This document shows positions 55,303-64,000 of a stretch of DNA of 64,000 nucleotides, in pieces. Positions within the stretch are counted from its first letter, which is position 1; the number at the start of each line of letters is the position of its first letter. The stretch is from Catajapyx aquilonaris. Lineage: Eukaryota. The notes below the pieces were generated by a model, which was given only the letters and a program-made list of their open reading frames with translations, searched no databases and had not been told where the DNA came from. The translations under genes were made by a program, and so were the position numbers. The stretch is from NCBI GenBank assembly GCA_000934665.2, contig KZ538096.1:124001-188000 (forward strand), given 5' to 3'.

Positions 55303-55480
55303 GGCGATAGCACAATGGTGTAGTGGTTTAGGTCACAGTCTTCCATCTTCGAATTTTTAGCGAGTTCGATCCTATAGGATAGGTAGATGATGGATTTCTC
55401 ACGTGAAATAAAATTTTGACAGGTTTTCTTAGTGACGGCGTGGATTTTCTCCGGAGTTCTTTCATTTTTTCCCTCTCTGA
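55303..55480 (+). mobile_element. Degenerate tRNA-derived SINE
   Basis: A box TGGTGTAGTGG, B box GAGTTCGATCC, and core GCGTGGATTTTCTCCGGAG similar to the 47179 element. Confidence 0.5.
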
Positions 55481-55747
55481 AAACCTATCAACACTGAAGT
55501 AGAGAATGGTGTTGGAAATTGATAAGAAACTCTCTAAGGTGCCACACACTATAACATGCGGTAGCCTATTCATTAATGTGAATATCTCACGAATTTGTGG
55601 ATAAATAGAAATTATTATACTTGGTAGCAGCATATTCGAAAGTGACATGAAGATTAATACTCGCACATCATGGCCATCTGGAAAGGTTTACTGATCTGTA
55701 TACAATAATAAAAGGCACTATGATCATGCGGCAGCCTGCAGTATATA

Positions 55748-56131
55748 CAGGGTGGACCAACTTCAAGTGTCGTTTTATAACGGCTATGAATAGAAGCAAT
55801 TTACGATTGACGTAGCAGCGACGTGTAAAATGGCCCACTTCGGCGCCATCGAAAATATTAGCTGCCAATAGCAGCACACATGTAATGCATTACAGGTCCA
55901 TCTGGTGCCTTGGGCGTCACCCATTTCTCCCAGGCGCATCTCAGGTCATGTGTGCACCTACTTTTTTCCAGGTCAACTCAGCAGCAGGGTTGATTACACG
56001 TGAGCTGCTATTGGCAGCTAATATTTTCGATGGCGCCGAAGTGGGATATTTTACACGTCGCTGCTACGTCATCGCAAAATCACTCCTATTAATCGCCGTT
56101 ATAAAACGACACTTGAAGTTGGACCACCCTG
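55748..56131. mobile_element. Tc1/mariner-type MITE with about 130-bp TIRs
   Basis: TA|CAGGGTGGACCAACTTCAAGTGTCGTTTTATAACGG ... CCGTTATAAAACGACACTTGAAGTTGGACCACCCTG|TA. Confidence 0.88.
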
Positions 56132-57614
56132 TATAGGGCCTACATCATATTATCATAGGCAGGCTGAATAATATTCTGTGATCTTAATTTGCATCTCTGC
56201 AAGGCCTATGAAAAAATTTTAAACTGCTACCTATTTATGACGTCATTTAATCTGACTTGAATTATTATTGTTCCCCATCCGAGGTACGTATATATACAGG
56301 ATCTGTATCTCTATTTCCGACAATAGCCTAGCTTTGTTGCGAACTTCAATAAAAATGACCTAACTCATAAAATTGAAGCTATCAGAAGTAACACCGTCAT
56401 ACAGTACAAGTTGGACCCAGCTTTATGAAACACTCATGAAAAATGTTACATGCATACAAAATTTGAGAGGTCTACCGCCTAAGGACCGATAATCCTTGCC
56501 ATTCAATTTGTTGTTGTTTTTTTCAATTTTCCTACGATCATATAAGTTTCTATATGTATTTTCAGACTCAAGTAAGTAAAGTAAAGTACATTTAGGCAGC
56601 CCAAAAATCTATAAGTAATATTCCCTATAAGCCAGCATAGCTACATAATGGCATGCAAAGGCAATTGTGTTATAATTACGGACAACTTCAATGAATTACC
56701 AGCAAAGGAACTCGTTTATACAAAGTTAACTTTTATGGATAGCACAATTGCATTGCCATTTGGAAGGTCGTCAGTGAAGCATGTCAGCACGAATGCGTTC
56801 AATTAAATGATTGCAACTCCGCAAAACGTGACATGCTCTCGTCACAGAGCATGCACCCTCTTCTCAAGTTTAAAATGCCTCACCTCAGAACCTCCTAAAT
56901 CTATTGATTGTTCAAGCAGCACGTGCTGAAATCGATAGGCAAAACAAAATGCCGACTGCCACTCAGTACGAACTCTCAGTCTACCTTTACATTTCAGATT
57001 CTTCTTTTCCAGCACACCTTTCGATAATAAAAAACAGAATTACCTCCTCTTAAAGCCGAAAAAAATGCTGAATCTTCTAGCTAAATATCACCCAACAATA
57101 AAGCTCGTCATCCATTCCCGGACACAATAATCTCATTAGTGTGGCAGCTCCACCCTTTTCCTGCTTAAACACGATGCCAGCCTCCAAAGTTGTGCAGTGC
57201 ATGAGAGAAGAATGAGCAAAGAAGAAGAGGAAAAAGAAGTGAGAAAAAAAGAATGGCGGCGCGCCGAGCGTTGTTAAGCAGCCTCCGGTGCAGTAACACA
57301 AATCCAAATTACAGAGCACGGTTTGTGGTGGTGATAACTAGGCTTCAGTCTGGGCTGGGAGGCCATACATCATTGCGGCAGACGCCCTTTCAGCCTGCAT
57401 AATTGCTTTCCAGTCTTGCGCTAACCGTCATCCAACACTTGGCACTTATTTCCTACAAATCGCTTCAAAAAGCGTGATTTCTTAAACGAGATTTTTTCCG
57501 CCATATTTAGGACACATCCACGTGGTGTTGGGCCTACAAGTGAAATGAGCCAAGCCCAATTTTGGCTGATTTGTGGAATTTGTAACACTAAGTAGTATTT
57601 TCTATGCTCTATCG

Positions 57615-58092
57615 CAGCGGTTCCTAAAGTGGGTTTCGCGGAAGGATCATCAGGGTTCCGCGAGTCAGTTAACTGCATAAACTTACTGAAGTGGGGTAAG
57701 TGCATACACGGGGCCGCCATATTGGAATGAAAATGGCTGACGACACCAAAACACGTCAGGCACTCTTTTGTGTAGCTGCACATCATATCCCCACAAGAGG
57801 TGAGCATGTCAGCCATTTTCATTCCAATATGGCGGCCAGTTTATGCACTTACCCCGTGTACGCACTTACCCCACTTCACCTTACTACTCTTATTTGAAAC
57901 TGCAGTTTGTTTAATTTGAAGTCATCATATTGTGTGATCAACTTAGTAAAAGTTATAACAAGTAAAAACATTACTATAAATTTGTTTTTCATGTTAACAA
58001 TTACTAGTTAAATTTTTATTTGGTGTTGGGGTTCCGCCAAATAATAGTGATTCGTTAAGGGTTCCGCGACTCATAAAGTTTGGGAACCGCTG
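57615..58092. mobile_element. hAT-superfamily MITE with 8-bp TSD
   Basis: CTCTATCG|CAGCGGTTCCTAAAGT ... AGTTTGGGAACCGCTG|CTCTATCG, with subterminal GGGTTCCGCG repeats. Confidence 0.9.
57686..57880. mobile_element. MITE nested in the hAT element
   Basis: TGAAGTGGGGTAAGTGC...GGCCGCCATATTGGAATGAAAATGGCTGAC is mirrored by GTCAGCCATTTTCATTCCAATATGGCGGCC...GCACTTACCCCACTTCA. Confidence 0.75.
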
Positions 58093-61000
58093 CTCTATCG
58101 CATGGTGAAGTCCATTTAGTCCTAATATTTCGTAAAGAGCCAGCAAGCTAAGATTTTCTGTCTTCACACATCTGGACACGTTGGATTTCTCCTGCATGTC
58201 CACGATATGTTTAAAACCGAACCTAACAGGTCTCAGGTGGGTTGCGGGAGGGTGAGCAAACCCTGTGGCGTTGTGTTCATATAGATAGGCTGCACTCACA
58301 CGGTTAGTGAAGGGGGAGGAAGGACAGTAGTTGGGCTATTCATCATCATTTGCGTGCTTAATACCAATATTTCGGTAATCAAGTATTATTAAATTCGGGA
58401 TGAATGCGAGGCGGCCTTCCCAATCCATTAATATTAGAGCGGGACATTAAGGCGGAGAAGCAAGTGTCATGTGCGACGTGAGGAAAAGGTTGCTGTGGGA
58501 GGGGGAAAGATGAAGCAACAATTTGCAAGCCGGCATCCCGCCTACTTATTTTGTCATCGTCGCTCGGATACGAAGCGTCATTACCCCGCCATTTTGGAAC
58601 TGGCGACAGTTGGAGCATACATCAGCCTTCCACCAAGGTGTCATTTTCACTTTGCCCTACTTTGGCCCACTAATGTACTCCACTTGTGATAATCAATCAC
58701 CTCCTAATTATGTACAACACACTGGATCGGCCAATGCTGCTGTATTGTTGTGGAGTTCTTCCCAGACTAGAGTGGCAGACCTGTAATCAGACTGATGCCG
58801 CTAGAAGCCGGACCTTAATCCAAACCAGGAGGGTGTAGAGTGACAATGGCTATAAATCAGGAGGGGGTGCGAACAACCCCTGTATCCTACTGTAAGGCTC
58901 CTGGTAGATCACCCTGGGAGGGCCCAACCCCTCTTCCCAAATATGCATGTGTGAGTGCTGTATGGAAGCAGGTAGAAAGTGGCCTCCAAAGCTGCTACTT
59001 GCCTTCATTAGGCAGTCGCAGGCGGGCCTTTTGAAGAGGACACCCTTTTCGTGACTGCATTAGGGACCCGTTTGTTGCCGCGTCACGCCGCCCGTCACTC
59101 GCACGGAAGATAGGCCCGTTTGCCTAATTCTCCGTATCTAAGCAAAAGAAGGCCGGCTTTGTGGAAATAGAGAGCATGCCTCGGGTGCTTTTCGCCAAGG
59201 CAAACAAGCCTGGATCTGCAAACAGGGACATCCCTCAATTAATCGTGCCGCCATCTTGTTTCTTAGCCATATTGGCAGACATGTAGCCACCAGGTGTTGA
59301 AAAAAAAAGACGTTGCATGCAAGATGGCGACAATTCTAGCACAAAATATTTCCACAGGCACACCCAGTCAGCTTGGCTGCCTTTCACGCCCCAAGTTTTG
59401 ACACTTAATGCACGTTGCTCGGGGAAGAGACACAATGGAGACGGTTCAATTCCACCCCCACGAAATAATAACCCCATTTTAAGTCTCTATTCATTGCATC
59501 TATTCCATTATTGTTCTGAGAAGTAGGGAGGGGGGGGAAAGTTATGGCTATAGCTAGGGGGCTACAAGATTAATGAGCAAAGTTGGAAACATAATGCGAA
59601 AAGCGCAAAAGAGAGAGGTGCGCATGGCGCCAACTTTTCCGCCTTCAAAATACAAAGTGCTGTCTACACTTTTAGGCCAAGTTTGAAGATTTCATCTTAT
59701 AAGACTAGCTCCCAGCCTTCCATTCGCTGACAAGCCCCAACAATTAATATGTAGAAGAGGGGGGGGGGGGGGCTACACTAACGAATTGATCTTGAGAAGT
59801 ATGAGAGAAAGTGTGTTTTTTTATACCTCCCCTAGCAAACTCTTTTCTTCCAACTTTTTTTTTTTTGCAGCCAACGAACATTCTCTTCATTCATAGGCTA
59901 ATGGTAATGATGATGAGGAAGCACAGCCGCACCTTCAACTTGAAAGCTACTCAAGCAACTTGCATTCGGACTCATTTTTTTTCCATGCCAGATGTAGTGG
60001 TTCAGGTCGGGAACGTAATTACAGGATCTGAGTGCAAAAGTTACCGCGATGCTACTATGATTTACTGTGGAACGGTATGGTACATCTTATGTGAAAAAAA
60101 ACAATCGTAGCAATCATTGCACGGTGTAAATTAACACCAGGCTGTTGGCCTTTTTGCAGCTACAGGATGAGGTTATTTCAAGCTGTGTGAATAGGAATGA
60201 TTAATGTTACGAGCGTTGGCAAAATCGTGTCTGTAAATTAATAAATTAATAGTGCTATTGAAACGGATTGAGCGTCCTTTCATATTAGGCGCCAAGAATC
60301 GTCCGGTGTGCACCACTAATTTTTTGTCACATTGTTGATTTCTCTGGAAGGTATTCCTGTTGTCAGCTCAATGCAGAATTGAGGATCCTGGCAGGAAACG
60401 TACAGAACTAGATGTTTAGTAAACATGCAAGCGTTGAATGCTGGGATTAACCAAGTGGACATTGGTGGTGCGAGTCGAGGCCTGCATACAAAGCCAGCGT
60501 GTGACGGAAAGGAGGCGAAATGCAAGCCAAGGGAAGCATAAATCTCTGCTCTCTGATCATTCTTCATTCGCGGTCCACGGAATTGATTCGTCCGAGTGAC
60601 AGCACCGAAAGGAAGAAACCTTCTCTAGGGCTCTCCTTTTTCCTTCAACTGTTTCAAACAGACCCAGAAACGTTGCAAGCAGGAGGACGACACCCAACAC
60701 GCTAGGCCTAGCCTCACTTTTTTTCCCTTTTCCAGCTCCTTTCGATCCTGTCCCTTCCGTTTGTTAGATACAAATTTCGAGGGGGTTTGGGGAAAAATAA
60801 CCATCAATTACCGTCGGCCTACGTTATTCCTCCGCTTTCCCTGGGTACAGTTTGACATGAATGCTTGACGGGAAGGCTCACATGTTCCAAGATGGCTGAC
60901 CCCTCTCGCTCTCTCTTTCTTCACCTATCCTGCTGCTGTCCCAACCCCTCTTTTCCATTTTCTTTCCCCCCCTCTTCTTTCCTACCGGCTTTCCTTGGCC

Positions 61001-62681
61001 AAAAGCGAGCCAACCCAAAGGCAGCAGAATGCGATCCTGATTAATGAATTTCTGTCCGAGTACCCAGATGGGAGACTAAATGTTTGGAAGGGTTGCAAGG
61101 TCTGCTGGTCCGTCGACGAGCACAATGACAGAAGCCCAAGGCCCCGGATGTAGTCCTTTTGGAAACTGGCCACATGGACCACAAGAGTCAAGGTAAGTAC
61201 GCAACTTTTTTTTAGAATCACCCCATACTGACTACATGAGTTTTCTATGATTCTGATGTTGTAAGCTCGAAAGAAATAGAGGGCGACAGTTGATGAGGTG
61301 AGTGCAGAATCTCGCTTTCCGCACCTTATCTCCACGATTCCCATCCCCAATTACTGGGTGTGTTGGGGAAGAAGGAGGCAGAGATGGGGAGGGGATCCCA
61401 AAGCAGCAGCCCCATCTGAAGGAAGGAGGCAGACAAGAGAAACTCGTCGAGCTTTTAGGCCTCCGGTATGAGCTTCACGTTTCCCCATGGGGGTGGGGGA
61501 GGGTGGAAGAGATTGATTTTGTAAGCAGCTCCAGGGTATTAGCCAAGTTTCATCAACAGAGGCTCTTGTTACGCCAGATTCTCCAGGAACTCGCCACGAC
61601 TTGAGCTCAGATATGAGAGAGCTCTTAGGAATCGTAGTTTCAGATTGGCCATCGGGGCCATACCCTCCCCACCGCCTCCCCAGATGGCGACCTCTCTTGC
61701 TATGTGCATCGCGACTTTGGAAGACGTGCTCTCATAACCTCGTAGCAGATCAGCTCCACTTACCTTATCGCGTTATTAGTGCACGCTTCCAACTTGCGTT
61801 CAAGCCCATCTACACACATTTACATTGCCTTCCTTACCATCACTTTTGCATTATTCATCACGACTAAGCGACCAACTCTGCAGAATTTCAAATCTACTCT
61901 ATCACTCAATTATACATTCGCATTAACAACCAGGTATTTTTTTTCCTTCGGAACCTAGACTGGTGAAATGAATTTTCTACCCTCCCAATACCTGCAAGAT
62001 GAAGACATTAGAAAATGGCGAGCATGTGCTTCCTTCCCTCCTTTACAAACCGCTCCCCCAACTACACTGCCGCTAATGAAATTAGTTGCTAAGACTGCGG
62101 CTTTGGCGGAATCATGGTGCTGCATACGTATTACCGCTTGCTGCTGGGAAAGGCTTGCAAGGCACCCAGTAAAATCCTCCCATCGCTATTTTACTCGTGG
62201 GAAATATTAGGCCTAAGTTTCTTTTGAAAGTTTGCATATCGGTAATAGTTTTATAACTGATATTGGCACTTCACACCAGCCCAAAAGAGAGAGAAATAAG
62301 TTCTGATATTTTCATGTATGATAATACAGTTAGCTGTGATATCGTAAAAGCATATTAATGCTTGAGATTTGCTCTCATTAGATACGATATAGCTCATTAT
62401 TTTTCTGTAGTTATGAAACTATATGCTCGTACAGAGTCACCTTACCTGCTGAGACGAGGAAACTTGGAACTTCAATCGACAGGTGAAGCCACATCAGTGC
62501 GGCAGGGTGAATTGCGAAGCAATTGATCACGACAGAAATTGAATAGAGGCTGAAAAAGAAATATCGTGTTATGTTGTAATAGTATGTGACAACAACAAAA
62601 TTCATTACTACATTTTCACTCGAAACGTCGCGTCGCAGGGACTTACATTTGCGATGTTTTGATAATGTTTTCAAAGTGATT

Positions 62682-63586
62682 TATCCTCCTGAGACCTGAG
62701 AAGAATTTTTAACGCAATGTCAGTTCCTATTGCATTTTCTGAACATTTTCCCAATAAGAAAAGAGAAAAAAATTTGGTTTTTAAATATCGACAAAAATAG
62801 TGACAAACAACCAATGAGAACATTAGGACCCAATTGCTGCTACAAAAGCAGAACGGATGAAAGCTGAAAATTGAAATACCACTTAATGGATCACTAACAT
62901 AGTGATCTATCCTCAAAACAATGTTTTTAACGTTCATTTGTGGAATTCGTGGTAGCAAATCCTCTCAGAAGACAATTCAAGATAAAGGAAATTATTTTTG
63001 AACGCCACCACTCCAGACATGGGGCTTGCTCCTTCCCTTCTTACCTGCTAGAGTGGTACCTCGCTACTCTAGATTTTAAAAATGAACTGCATAATGCAAA
63101 GCACGCTTCCTTATGGGTGTATAGGTATACAGGCACTTAAAGAAAAGTCACAGCCCATTCAGCTAAAAATGCCATTTTTCGGATGTCCATTTAAATGGAC
63201 ATTTGGTCTCAGGAAGAAAACTAGAAAATTGCCAGTTCTCTACAGCAACAAAGATTGTCACAGACTCATCTTTTCGTATTTCCTAATACACATTCCTTGC
63301 GAATCCCAGGACATTCACTGCATTGCGAAAATCGCACTCTAAATATGAGTAAAAAAATAAAACTTATCAGATGAGCGCCTAGCTTCAGCAGCGGAATCCG
63401 CCATTTTCATAAGTGATTCAATTTTCGCGGCCAAAGTCAGATATTCAACACTAGGTGGTGGTTACACCTATTGAGGCCTGATTGTAATCATGGGATACCA
63501 ACAGATTACAGTTCTGTTGGCATCACTAGTTGGCGCCAAAAAAAAATCTTTTGCGACATATGTCGACACCAGGTCTAAGGAGGATA
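62682..63586 (-). mobile_element. Non-autonomous TIR element, copy 2 (longer, inverted relative to 30242-30916)
   Basis: Termini TATCCTCCTGAGACCTG / CAGGTCTAAGGAGGATA. The body is the reverse complement of copy 1 with a different, longer middle (about 62820-63120). Confidence 0.85.
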
Positions 63587-64000
63587 TTAGAAAAGAACAA
63601 AACGAAAAAAACCATTGCTTTTCACCTTCGTTGAAGAAATATTACACTGGACATGAAAATTTGACATTCGATGTTTTGGCAAATCATTTAAAAAATGGAA
63701 TCTTGAAATTCAGAACCATCAAAGTCACCTAAGAACCATTTCAATATAGCCTACTGTATTGCTGCCATTTCATATTTGCAGAATGGATCCGCATCCATAA
63801 TGGGATTCCTTATTGTTTATAGCATTTTTAACTATACAGTATAGAAGATCGTGAAAGCGCCAATGGAAATCTTATTTGACTATAGATCTCACTATGCCCT
63901 ACGCCCCTACTCAATATATGTAGACTAAAATGGGACTCGGGCCATTTTGAATTTCAACTTCAAAATCAAAACTCTCGATTCATATGGGATAGGAATGATC

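Noticed and set aside
61675..61692. CTCF-like site CCCCAGATGGCGAC
   Set aside because: A single partial match that cannot be distinguished from chance without PWM scoring or ChIP.
49598..64000. miR-993 (expected on the Hox3 side of Dfd)
   Set aside because: No GAAGCTCGTCTCTACAGG-like or second TACCCTGTAGATCCG-like sequence was found by eye on either strand. It may lie beyond the window.
1..64000. CRISPR arrays, operons or prokaryotic defence systems
   Set aside because: The sequence is eukaryotic with a spliced Hox gene, and no regularly spaced repeat-spacer array is present.

Overview
Eukaryotic (arthropod-type) Hox cluster DNA, not prokaryotic. The window holds one protein-coding gene, Deformed (Dfd/Hox4), on the + strand. 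It has two coding exons, 36188-36809 and 49065-49597, a 12,255-bp phase-1 intron, and encodes 384 aa. The miR-10 hairpin lies about 17 kb upstream in its expected Scr-Dfd position. The rest is intergenic or intronic DNA with many small non-autonomous elements: tRNA-derived SINEs (several with target-site duplications), TA-flanked MITEs, a hAT MITE with a nested insertion, a Helitron and a 1.1-kb foldback element. These alternate with GC-rich islands that lack recognisable TEs and carry YY1/Pho, CRE, E-box and homeodomain motifs. The most unusual items are: two stand-alone tRNA-like cloverleafs with non-decoding anticodon arms that bracket the miR-10+Dfd domain; a 5'UTR/start-codon block resembling vertebrate Hox4 leaders; a pre-miRNA-like hairpin 1.3 kb upstream of miR-10; and three perfect palindromes with 1-nt centres within about 830 bp. 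All calls were read by eye with no database search. Cross-species similarities are from memory and need alignment.
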